From an uncultured Eubacteriales bacterium (GTDB lineage: Bacteria > Bacillota > Clostridia > Lachnospirales > Bianqueaceae): DNA of 64,000 nucleotides. Numbering within the stretch: position 1 is the stretch's first letter; every line of letters starts with the position of its first letter. Below the pieces are notes generated by a model. It had not been told where the DNA came from and did not search any database. It saw only the letters and a list, made by a program, of their open reading frames with translations. The position numbers and the translations under genes were made by a program. The stretch lies in NCBI GenBank assembly GCA_902796435.1, contig CADBPG010000005.1:148-64147 (forward strand), given 5' to 3'. Below, piece by piece: positions 19,101-25,428 of this stretch.

Positions 19101-19374
19101 ACTGGGGCAGATCCGGCGTACAGATCACGATCAGAAACCGGGCATGATCAAGCGCGTCCCGGATGCTTTCTGAAAGATTCGCTGATGCCGGCAGTTCGTC
19201 CTCATCACGGAAGACCTTGCCCAGCCGTTTTCCACCGACCTGGTCACGGTATTCCGCTGGCACAGTAAAGCTTTCGATGCTTCTCTGGATCTTCTTGGCA
19301 ACAGAGGAATCCAAAGGTTTGTGCCGATAGCTGATAAAGGCGATATATTCGTTGTTTTGCTGTATAGCAGGCAT
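16153..19374 (-). CDS. TIR domain-containing single-pass membrane protein with a large C-terminal beta-propeller-like repeat region (1073 aa)
   Basis: The N-terminal TIR signature is YIAFISYRHKP ... DEDELPASANLSESIRDALDHARFLIVICTPDLPQSHWCEEEIRYFL. A basic stretch (RDRRRKANIR) precedes one TM helix (MGVVAGTALLMTAFTFVVLV). The remaining roughly 870 aa carry recurring blade-like motifs (LSHDGSLFAI, FSENDKQLLFSV, FSDDDRYLLVLTQTGRLDIYDLETLE, DRATGVALWS, IKDGSELWS). Confidence 0.85.
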   Translation of the reverse strand: MPAIQQNNEYIAFISYRHKPLDSSVAKKIQRSIESFTVPAEYRDQVGGKRLGKVFRDEDELPASANLSESIRDALDHARFLIVICTPDLPQSHWCEEEIRYFLKTHDRDQLLAVLAEGEPQDSFSPYMLHTFDEEGNITGNVEPLAANLKQPYKKEFIRLCAAMLGCSFDTLWQRDRRRKANIRMGVVAGTALLMTAFTFVVLVKNRQINAQKEQIIEQNALSEKRMSEALVQSGTAKLEAFDRKGALTDAVQAMDIEDPSLVDPHVDLLLADALGAYQLHSPVTQIFYEQQQDIVDLKITDDTSSLLIVDSFGKITCVDRATGVALWSHTSNDPWVQIYTQNLGEKILYKTNDTVRCLSIKDGSELWSYTHHYGIFFQVLSHDGSLFAIMDRISDDPDIFSFDAPLYLILLSTEDGSEYGRISLTNEAYSDKDTNYDGLFEQGGAFSENDKQLLFSVHATGIEEGSDDMDQEVHLFYVVDLDTLEKAKLGRSSYPQEFFYGMDVSDDASQAFIAFHSIQYGGVIACQCIKGEDGYDFDINTINHDISTKDSGTSYGFYGQYPRFHMLSGLDFYLISSDNRLFLLRKSDNFLFKSYGLDEGIVRSISWKNKEKRTLELATANGYVIELTFKDPEADGSVISDYFLTRFDQDQVCLAVRAGDHLSSKNSQGQYYTVSESDPGRILSTHYETDPHAQVIFAGADTLSYASSIDCPPDTPWMMISGSDHTYMLLNTETRETKSYRNTDLSTGAFLIDEDHILYGPDLYTISNGRSEHYCEVDLTELGLLSYPSDHFRLHSGEIVSYDTSCYIGARVLHFWIDRHLSDVFLIRDYDFETSSFLTSPSGWIANYGVSGEDHGDGTFSLDETPSFTCLNVLTGETIKIQEELSSDQSYVLNLGNTSPQMALYAQNQLRLYDLKDGSTTLISEAYKEDGVACISFSDDDRYLLVLTQTGRLDIYDLETLELKYAEPVQWIQDEIRSTFQLGRYTDSVQNLHAMCLDGSMEVFFGRYDSISNGILLDTTHWVLTSEMENLKGYDPATGEIYFWNNDTLKLCTFPHYSRADLKAWAEEELNK

Positions 19375-19409
19375 GTTTTAAGCTGCCTTTCTAAAATAAG
19401 GACCGCTCT

Positions 19410-20288
19410 TTAGGAACGGCCCTTTTGTTTTTCTTCTAATTCCTTCAGATACTTTTCGTGTTGATCTTCTTTGAATTGTTTTCGTTTGCGGATCAGCTCG
19501 ATCTGCTGCATCCGATAATACCTGAGGAAGCGATAGATGAAGTAGACGGCACCGGCACCCAGCACCAGGGTGATGACCAGAGAGACCCAGTAGCCCAGAT
19601 AATGGTGCGTACCATTGATGATGCAGATCACCAGGCAATAGATGATCATGGAGAGCCAAAGGCAGACCTTACGATTGCGTTTGACTCCATAGAAGACCAG
19701 AAGGAGCACTGCCAGGATACATAAGAAAACGATGAACTGCGTAATGATGGTGAGCACACGTTCCAGACAAAGCATGTAGGGACCTTGTTCAGAGACGGAT
19801 TCGACCAACGCGTTGAGCAGTTCGACCGGATATTCTTTCGAAGCCAGCGTATCCAGTGTGCCCTTGTTGGCATGCTGCAGGATGGAACCGGAGGAGACCT
19901 GCATCGCGCTGTCCAGGATCATGGGCAGGGCCCAGTAACCGACCGCCATTGCGATGGTATCGTAGAGGGTCCATTTGCCGCGGCGCAGCGTCTTGGTGAT
20001 GAACCAGGCAAGGGGCGGCAGCACCAGAGCGGCCAGCAAAGCCTCAAGGAAAAGCCCCAGAGAGACCTGTTTCAGGAAGAAGGATTCATCCCCGGCTATA
20101 AGACGGATGATAGTATAAACGTTGTTGATGACAACGTAATTTACGATGAAATAGGCGGCCAGTCCGCAGATGATGGACGAAAAGGCAAAAGTGTGTCTGC
20201 GGCGCAGAAAAAAGAGGATCAGCAGAGGGAGCATCAGCTCCAGAGCGCCGACCACGTATAAAGTAATGATCGTAAATTGAGGAACCAT
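19410..20288 (-). CDS. Multi-pass integral membrane protein of unknown function, with a possible distant YhfC-like layout
   Basis: About 7 hydrophobic segments and a charged, coiled C-terminal tail (RKRKQFKEDQHEKYLKELEEKQKGRS). The AGGAGAA Shine-Dalgarno sequence precedes ATGTCCATG, so the start is 20294 or 20288. It lies 35 nt upstream of the TIR gene on the same strand. Confidence 0.7.
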   Translation of the reverse strand: MVPQFTIITLYVVGALELMLPLLILFFLRRRHTFAFSSIICGLAAYFIVNYVVINNVYTIIRLIAGDESFFLKQVSLGLFLEALLAALVLPPLAWFITKTLRRGKWTLYDTIAMAVGYWALPMILDSAMQVSSGSILQHANKGTLDTLASKEYPVELLNALVESVSEQGPYMLCLERVLTIITQFIVFLCILAVLLLVFYGVKRNRKVCLWLSMIIYCLVICIINGTHHYLGYWVSLVITLVLGAGAVYFIYRFLRYYRMQQIELIRKRKQFKEDQHEKYLKELEEKQKGRS

Positions 20289-20318
20289 GGACATTTCTCC
20301 TAAAAAAAGACTATGAAT

Positions 20319-20347
20319 ATTATACACTTAAAGCCTGCTTTTGTGAA
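20319..20347 (-). promoter_or_regulatory. Sigma-A-like promoter of the membrane-protein/TIR cassette
   Basis: On the minus strand, TTCACA - 17 nt - TATAAT, ending about 25-30 nt upstream of the first gene's start codon. Confidence 0.5.
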
Positions 20348-20402
20348 GAGTGTAAAAAAATATCCTTTTTGGGAAATTGCGCTTTTTTTATGTCGGGAAG
20401 CA

Positions 20403-20411
20403 TGATATAAT
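20403..20411 (+). promoter_or_regulatory. Extended -10 element (TGATATAAT) upstream of prs
   Basis: TGnTATAAT lies 49 nt upstream of the prs ATG. No good -35 was seen. Confidence 0.4.
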
Positions 20412-20459
20412 TTAACAGTCAAGCAGTGAGTCTGAAAGCGAGAAAGCGAGAGATCCGAC

Positions 20460-21626
20460 ATGCACAATTTAAAGATCAGTGAAGCAAAACCCATTGCAAA
20501 ACTGGCACTCATGGCCATGCCCAGTGCTACAGAATTAGCCGAAAAGGTAGACTTCCATCTGCGGAGGCTCTATAAGGATCTGTACGGAGAAGAGCAGGAA
20601 TCCTTCCTGGTCGAGGTTACGTGCCCCAGGTTCCAGAGTGGTGACGGAAAAGCTTTGATCCAGCAGTCCGTACGTGGTCTGGACTTGTTCCTTCTTACAG
20701 ATGTCGGAAACTATAATTTACAATATAAAATGTTCGGACAGGTAGTGCCCATGTCCCCGGACGATCATTACGCGGACCTGAAGCGTGCCATCGGCGCCTG
20801 CATGCGCAAGCCACACCGTATGACGGTCATCATGCCCATGCTGTATGGCGGACGTCAGCACCGCCGCAGCTACCGTGAATCCCTGGACTGCGCCATGGCT
20901 CTGCAGGAGCTGGACGCTCTGGGCGTATCCGCGATCACCACATTCGACGCACATGATCCGCGCGTACAGAATGCGATCCCGAACTCGACCTTTGACAACA
21001 TCATGCCGCATTACCAGACCATGAAGGCGCTGGTACGCAACGTGCCGGATATCATCTTCGATAAAGACCATCTGATGGTCGTCAGCCCGGATGAAGGCGC
21101 CATGGCCCGTAACGTGTTCTATGCATCTCTGCTGGGTCTGGATCTGGGTATGTACTACAAACGTCGTGATTATTCCCGCATCGTCAACGGACGCAACCCC
21201 ATCGTCGCGCACGAGTTCCTGGGCAATAATGTTGAAGGCAAGGACGTGTTCGTCTACGACGATATGATCGCTTCCGGTGAGTCCATGCTGGATCTGGCCA
21301 AAGACATGCACAGCCGTGGTGCCAAGCGTATTTTCGCCGCCTGCACCTTCGGTCTGTTCACGGAAGGTATCGACAAATTCCAGCAGGCGTACGAGCAGGG
21401 CTATCTGAACGGTGTCCTTTCTACCAACCTGACATACCGTCGTCCGGAACTGCTGGATGCACCCTGGTATTATGAAGTCGACTGCTCCAAATATATCGCA
21501 TACTACATCGCTTCTCTGAACCACGACATCTCCGTCAGCTCCATGCTGGATCCGGTCGCCAAGATCCAGGCACTCATGGAAAAGCATGAGAAAGAGCAGG
21601 CACAGCAGCTGCGCATCGAAGAATAA
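20460..21626 (+). CDS. prs: Ribose-phosphate pyrophosphokinase (PRPP synthetase), long about 390-aa form
   Basis: The N-terminal domain (ATELAEKV..., PRFQSGDGKA) and the PRPP-binding loop VFVYDDMIASGESM are present. The C-terminal extension is longer than in classical roughly 315-aa Prs. Confidence 0.8.
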   Translation: MHNLKISEAKPIAKLALMAMPSATELAEKVDFHLRRLYKDLYGEEQESFLVEVTCPRFQSGDGKALIQQSVRGLDLFLLTDVGNYNLQYKMFGQVVPMSPDDHYADLKRAIGACMRKPHRMTVIMPMLYGGRQHRRSYRESLDCAMALQELDALGVSAITTFDAHDPRVQNAIPNSTFDNIMPHYQTMKALVRNVPDIIFDKDHLMVVSPDEGAMARNVFYASLLGLDLGMYYKRRDYSRIVNGRNPIVAHEFLGNNVEGKDVFVYDDMIASGESMLDLAKDMHSRGAKRIFAACTFGLFTEGIDKFQQAYEQGYLNGVLSTNLTYRRPELLDAPWYYEVDCSKYIAYYIASLNHDISVSSMLDPVAKIQALMEKHEKEQAQQLRIEE

Positions 21627-21645
21627 CAATCACAATTAAAAATCA

Positions 21646-21686
21646 ATCCCCAAAAGTCAGAAAAAATGACTTTTGGGGATTTTTTG
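21646..21686. terminator. Bidirectional terminator between the convergent prs and lexA genes
   Basis: A 14-bp perfect stem, ATCCCCAAAAGTCA / TGACTTTTGGGGAT, followed by TTTTT. The reverse strand is also T-rich after the stem. Confidence 0.85.
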
Positions 21687-21724
21687 TGTTGCAGTGCAGT
21701 TTTTTGGACTTGTAGCAGCGTATA

Positions 21725-22387
21725 CTAGCGAATAGTTCGGAAGAGACCGATGACCTTGCCCAGGATCTCGCAGTTGCGGACCAGGATCGGATCCATATGA
21801 TCGTTCTCGGGCTGCAGGCGTACAAAATCCTTTTCCTTAAAGAAGCGCTTGACGGTAACACTGTCGCCCAGAAGCGCCACGACGATGTCGGAATTGTTGG
21901 CGCTGTGCTGCGCACGAACAAGGATCAGGTCCCCATCCAGGATGCCGGCGTTGATCATACTTTCGCCCTGTACATGAAGCATGAACACTTCGCTGTTGTG
22001 TGTATAGGAAACGGGAATAGGGAAGTAGTCTTCGATGTTCTCAACGGCGAGGATCGGCTCACCGGCGGTGACTTTGCCGATGATCGGCACATCGACAGTT
22101 TCGATGGCGGCGCTGCCGGGCATGGTGGCCAGGTTATCTGGAATGTCGCCGTTGTAAGTGGCCTGCTGGATGGCCCGGTCCAGGATCTCGATAGCGCGAG
22201 GCTTGGTAGGATCCCTCCGGATGAAGCCCTTCTTTTCCAGACGGGACAGATAGCCGTGTACGGTAGAGGTGGAGCGCAGGCCTACGGCCTCGCAGATCTC
22301 ACGCACTGACGGCGGATACCCTTTCAATGCCTGCTGGCTTACGATATAATCCAATATTTCCTGCTGTTTATATGTTAATTCGGACAT
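21725..22387 (-). CDS. lexA: LexA repressor (S24 self-cleaving)
   Basis: It has a winged-helix N-terminus ([34 protein letters not shown]), an AG cleavage region and an S24 core ([11 protein letters not shown] ... VTVKRF). Confidence 0.95.
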   Translation of the reverse strand: MSELTYKQQEILDYIVSQQALKGYPPSVREICEAVGLRSTSTVHGYLSRLEKKGFIRRDPTKPRAIEILDRAIQQATYNGDIPDNLATMPGSAAIETVDVPIIGKVTAGEPILAVENIEDYFPIPVSYTHNSEVFMLHVQGESMINAGILDGDLILVRAQHSANNSDIVVALLGDSVTVKRFFKEKDFVRLQPENDHMDPILVRNCEILGKVIGLFRTIR

Positions 22388-22403
22388 GATAAACCCCCTG
22401 AAT

Positions 22404-22417
22404 CAAAGCTTTGTTCG
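22404..22417. promoter_or_regulatory. Weak Cheo-type SOS box A (CAAAGCTTTGTTCG)
   Basis: 2 mismatches to CGAAC-N4-GTTCG. It lies just downstream of the lexA -10. Confidence 0.35.
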
Positions 22418-22418
22418 C

Positions 22419-22447
22419 ATTATAACATATAAATCCGTAAAAATCAA
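22419..22447 (-). promoter_or_regulatory. lexA promoter
   Basis: On the minus strand, TTGATT - 17 nt - TATAAT, flanked by SOS boxes A and B. Confidence 0.55.
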
Positions 22448-22458
22448 ACAAATGTTCG
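22445..22458. promoter_or_regulatory. Cheo-type SOS box B (CAAACAAATGTTCG)
   Basis: 1 mismatch to CGAAC-N4-GTTCG. It overlaps the lexA -35. Confidence 0.6.
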
Positions 22459-22471
22459 CAAAAAGTTTATG

Positions 22472-22485
22472 CGAACAAAAATTCG
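22472..22485. promoter_or_regulatory. Cheo-type SOS box C (CGAACAAAAATTCG)
   Basis: 1 mismatch to CGAAC-N4-GTTCG, in the lexA/yneA-like intergenic region. Confidence 0.6.
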
Positions 22486-22502
22486 TATTTTTCAAAATGG
22501 TA

Positions 22503-22531
22503 TTGACAAAAGCAAACAGACGTTCTATAAT
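22503..22531 (+). promoter_or_regulatory. Consensus sigma-A promoter of the yneA-like gene
   Basis: TTGACA - 17 nt - TATAAT, both hexamers perfect. SOS box D lies in the spacer. Confidence 0.7.
22513..22526. promoter_or_regulatory. Cheo-type SOS box D (CAAACAGACGTTCT)
   Basis: 2 mismatches to consensus. It lies inside the spacer of the yneA-like promoter. Confidence 0.45.
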
Positions 22532-22542
22532 CCAAAACATAG

Positions 22543-22556
22543 AAAACAGATGTTCG
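22543..22556. promoter_or_regulatory. Cheo-type SOS box E (AAAACAGATGTTCG)
   Basis: It has an AAAC-N4-GTTCG core with 2 mismatches, and lies between the -10 and the Shine-Dalgarno sequence of the yneA-like gene. Confidence 0.45.
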
Positions 22557-22574
22557 CATATGGAGGTAGCAAAC

Positions 22575-22892
22575 ATGAAGACAAACAAACGTTCCGCAAA
22601 TACAGCCTTTGGGCGTCGCGCCCTTTCTGTGCTTATCATGGCAGCTTTTATCATTCTTGTATGGCTCATTATGTTCCATCCGGCCGCAGCGGGCAGCAAT
22701 GCGCGGGAAGAGTCCGTACAGTATGTTTCCCTGCAGATCGAGGAGGGCGATACCCTCTGGTCCATCGCCGAGCAGCATCTGCCGGCCTCCATGGATGTCA
22801 CCCATTATATCGACCAGATCCGTGCCGTAAATCACATGCATACCGATACCATCATAGCTTCTCGTTATCTCATCATTCCCGTATATGCCTGA
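22575..22892 (+). CDS. yneA: SOS-regulated LysM-domain membrane protein, YneA-like cell-division suppressor
   Basis: 105 aa, with ATG 22575 after a GGAGG. It has an N-terminal TM helix (ALSVLIMAAFIILVWLIMF) and a C-terminal LysM domain (IEEGDTLWSIAEQH...YLIIPV). It is divergent from lexA, as in B. subtilis. Confidence 0.7.
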   Translation: MKTNKRSANTAFGRRALSVLIMAAFIILVWLIMFHPAAAGSNAREESVQYVSLQIEEGDTLWSIAEQHLPASMDVTHYIDQIRAVNHMHTDTIIASRYLIIPVYA

Positions 22893-22940
22893 TCCGGCAT
22901 CAAAACTATCAAAAAACCGCTGTTTTACTACATTTTTCGG

Positions 22941-22969
22941 TTGACATGCAGTCCGGGCTGTGTTATTAT
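22941..22969 (+). promoter_or_regulatory. rplU operon promoter
   Basis: TTGACA - 17 nt - TATTAT. Confidence 0.6.
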
Positions 22970-22975
22970 AGCTGA

Positions 22976-23056
22976 GTGCCGCTCAAAGAGGTTTTAAACT
23001 CATGCCTTAAAACATGGGTACCGTATTTGGCGAGATTGAAAAAAGGAGGTGCCTGG
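22976..23056 (+). ncRNA. Possible L21 ribosomal-protein leader (5' UTR of rplU)
   Basis: An about 80-nt leader lies between the promoter and the rplU Shine-Dalgarno sequence. Firmicutes carry a structured L21 leader at this position. The fold was not verified here. Confidence 0.3.
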
Positions 23057-23368
23057 ATGTACGCAGTCATCGAAACTGGCGGGAAACAGTACCGGGTACA
23101 AGAAGGAGACATTATTTCTGTAGAAAAACTGGGCCTGCTCGAAGGCGAAGCTTATACTTTTGACAAAGTATTAATGCTGGCCGGCGAAAACGGTGTTTCT
23201 GTTGGTAGCCCCTATGTGGACGGAGCCAACGTCGAAGCCGTTACGGTCGAAGAGGGTCGCGGTAAGAAGGTCGTTGTGTACAAGTACAAGTCCAAGAAGG
23301 GTTTCCACAAGAAGAACGGCCACAGACAGTCTTACACGAAACTTCAGATCCGTGCCATCAACGCTTAA
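23057..23368 (+). CDS. rplU: 50S ribosomal protein L21
   Basis: [18 protein letters not shown]...; ATG 23057 follows AAGGAGG. Confidence 0.95.
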   Translation: MYAVIETGGKQYRVQEGDIISVEKLGLLEGEAYTFDKVLMLAGENGVSVGSPYVDGANVEAVTVEEGRGKKVVVYKYKSKKGFHKKNGHRQSYTKLQIRAINA

Positions 23369-23389
23369 TTTGCGGAGGGCACAGGAACC

Positions 23390-23734
23390 ATGATCACTGC
23401 CGTCTTTACTAAGGATCGGGAAGGCAATATCAGTTCTTTTTCCATCTCCGGACATGCCGGCTTTGCTGATGCCGGTCAGGATATCGTCTGTGCTGCGGTC
23501 TCCGCGTTGAGCTTCAACACGGTAAACGCCATCGAAACACTCGTGCAGACACCCATCCAGTACAATGCGGAAACCGACGGGTTTCTAGTTTGTACGCTTC
23601 AGGATCCGCATCAGAAAGATGCGCAGCTGCTTTTGCAGGCTCTGGCCCTGGGGTTAAAGCAGATCCGGAAAGACTATGGCAAAGAATTCTTAACGGTTCG
23701 TTTTCAGGCAGTTGATTCCACCATCGAAATCTAA
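23390..23734 (+). CDS. prp: Ribosomal-processing cysteine protease Prp
   Basis: Contains SGHAGFADAGQDIVCAAVSAL (His/Cys dyad) and lies between rplU and rpmA. Confidence 0.9.
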   Translation: MITAVFTKDREGNISSFSISGHAGFADAGQDIVCAAVSALSFNTVNAIETLVQTPIQYNAETDGFLVCTLQDPHQKDAQLLLQALALGLKQIRKDYGKEFLTVRFQAVDSTIEI

Positions 23735-23752
23735 TAAGGAGGTACCAGTCGC

Positions 23753-24043
23753 ATGTTACAGATGAATCTTCAGTTTTTCGCTCATAAAAAGGGTGTTGGT
23801 TCTACTAAGAACGGTCGCGATTCCGAGTCCAAGCGTCTTGGCGCGAAGCGTGCTGACGGCCAGGTCGTTAAGGCCGGCAACATTCTGTATCGTCAGAGAG
23901 GAACCCGTATCCATCCCGGTAACAATGTAGGAATCGGAAAGGACGATACGCTCTTTGCTCTGATCGACGGACGCGTCAAATTCGAGCGTAAGGGCCGCGA
24001 CAAGAAACAGGTTTCTGTATATCCTGTTGAAGAGGCGGTTTAA
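23753..24043 (+). CDS. rpmA: 50S ribosomal protein L27 with a cleavable N-terminal extension
   Basis: [30 protein letters not shown]. The N-terminal MLQMNLQFF propeptide matches the Prp substrate type. Confidence 0.95.
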   Translation: MLQMNLQFFAHKKGVGSTKNGRDSESKRLGAKRADGQVVKAGNILYRQRGTRIHPGNNVGIGKDDTLFALIDGRVKFERKGRDKKQVSVYPVEEAV

Positions 24044-24066
24044 TCTGCTCAATGTCGAATCTCTGG

Positions 24067-24107
24067 ACAGGTTTCAAATAAGCTATTTATTTGAAACCTG
24101 TTTTTTA
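24067..24107 (+). terminator. Rho-independent terminator after rpmA
   Basis: A 14-bp perfect stem, ACAGGTTTCAAATA / TATTTGAAACCTGT, followed by TTTTT. Confidence 0.85.
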
Positions 24108-24128
24108 TCTAAAAAGGTATGGTAAGCT

Positions 24129-25418
24129 ATGTTTGTAGATGAAGTAACGATCTATATCGAATCCGGAAAGGGCGGCAATGGCTGCGTGTCCTTCCGGCGT
24201 GAAAAATATATCCCGAACGGTGGCCCGGATGGGGGTGACGGCGGCAAAGGCGGCGATGTCATCTTTGTTACCGACCCGGGCATGAATACACTATATGATT
24301 TCCGTGGAAAGCGGAAATACATCGCGCAGAATGGCCAGGATGGCAGCAGTAAAAAGCGTTTCGGACAGAAGGGCGAGGATCTGATCATCAAAGTACCGGT
24401 CGGTACAGTCATTCGCGAGGTCGAAACGGGTCTGGTCGTCGAGGATATGGCCGAGGAAGGCATGCGCCGGACGATCCTGATCGGCGGAAAGGGCGGAAAG
24501 GGCAACCAGCATTATGCCACGCCCACCATGCAGATCCCAAAATACGCGCAGCCCGGCCAGGAAGGCAAGGGACTTACGGTCCGCCTGGAGCTTAAAGTTC
24601 TGGCAGACGTGGGTCTGCTGGGCTATCCGAATGCGGGTAAATCCACATTTCTTTCTGCGGTTTCCAACGCCCGTCCGAAGATCGCTGATTATCCCTTCAC
24701 CACATTGGTTCCCCAGTTGGGCGTTGTCGAACTGCCGTATGGCAAGACTCTGGTCATCGCTGATATCCCGGGCCTCATCGATGGGGCTGCCGAAGGTATC
24801 GGTCTGGGCCACGAGTTCTTAAAGCATCTGGAGCGGACCCGGGTGCTGATCCATCTGGTGGATACGGCCGGTGTCGATGGCCGGGATCCGGTGGAGGACA
24901 TCATCCATATCAACGAAGAACTGGCCAGATACAGTGCGGATCTGGCGGCGCTGCCCCAGGTCATCGGTGCCAATAAGTGTGATCTGCCGGATTCTGAGAT
25001 CTTCATGGATGAAGTGCGTTCCTACTGCGAAGAAAACAACATTCCCATGTTCCCGATCTCCGCGGCGACGGGTGCGGGCGTTCGTGCCTTGCTGGACCAT
25101 GTCGTAGCGCTGCGTGATTCCATGCATGAAAGCACACCTGTCGTATTTGAAAAAGAATACTTTGTGGAAGATCACAGTACGCGTGAGTTCGAGGACGATG
25201 CCATCGGTATCGAGATCGATGCGGATGGTGATTATCTGATCTATGGTGATCCAATCGATAAAATGCTGGGTTATACCAATCTGGAATCCGAGAAGGGCTT
25301 TGATTTCTTCCAGAAATTCCTCAGGGAACGCGGCGTGATCGATCGTTTAAAGGAAATGGGTATCGAAGAGGGGGATACCGTCGTTGTGGGCGATATCCAG
25401 TTTGAATATCTGATATAA
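24129..25418 (+). CDS. obg: GTPase Obg/CgtA
   Basis: It has the Obg fold N-terminus (GGNGCVSFRREKY, GGDGGKGGDV), the G1 motif GYPNAGKST and a C-terminal OCT domain. Confidence 0.95.
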   Translation: MFVDEVTIYIESGKGGNGCVSFRREKYIPNGGPDGGDGGKGGDVIFVTDPGMNTLYDFRGKRKYIAQNGQDGSSKKRFGQKGEDLIIKVPVGTVIREVETGLVVEDMAEEGMRRTILIGGKGGKGNQHYATPTMQIPKYAQPGQEGKGLTVRLELKVLADVGLLGYPNAGKSTFLSAVSNARPKIADYPFTTLVPQLGVVELPYGKTLVIADIPGLIDGAAEGIGLGHEFLKHLERTRVLIHLVDTAGVDGRDPVEDIIHINEELARYSADLAALPQVIGANKCDLPDSEIFMDEVRSYCEENNIPMFPISAATGAGVRALLDHVVALRDSMHESTPVVFEKEYFVEDHSTREFEDDAIGIEIDADGDYLIYGDPIDKMLGYTNLESEKGFDFFQKFLRERGVIDRLKEMGIEEGDTVVVGDIQFEYLI

Positions 25419-25428
25419 GGAGCATTGT

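Noticed and set aside
16153-20288. Whether the TIR cassette is a Thoeris system.
   Set aside because: Thoeris needs a ThsA-type effector (SIR2 or TM + SLOG/Macro) next to a short, soluble ThsB TIR protein. Neither is present. The TIR domain here is fused to a TM helix and a huge repeat region, and the neighbour has no SIR2 or SLOG motifs that I can see.
20431-20455. A short tandem duplication, GAAAGCGAG-AAAGCGAGAG, just upstream of the prs start codon.
   Set aside because: It has only two imperfect 9-nt units in a purine-rich leader, so it is most likely a degenerate Shine-Dalgarno region rather than a repeat element.
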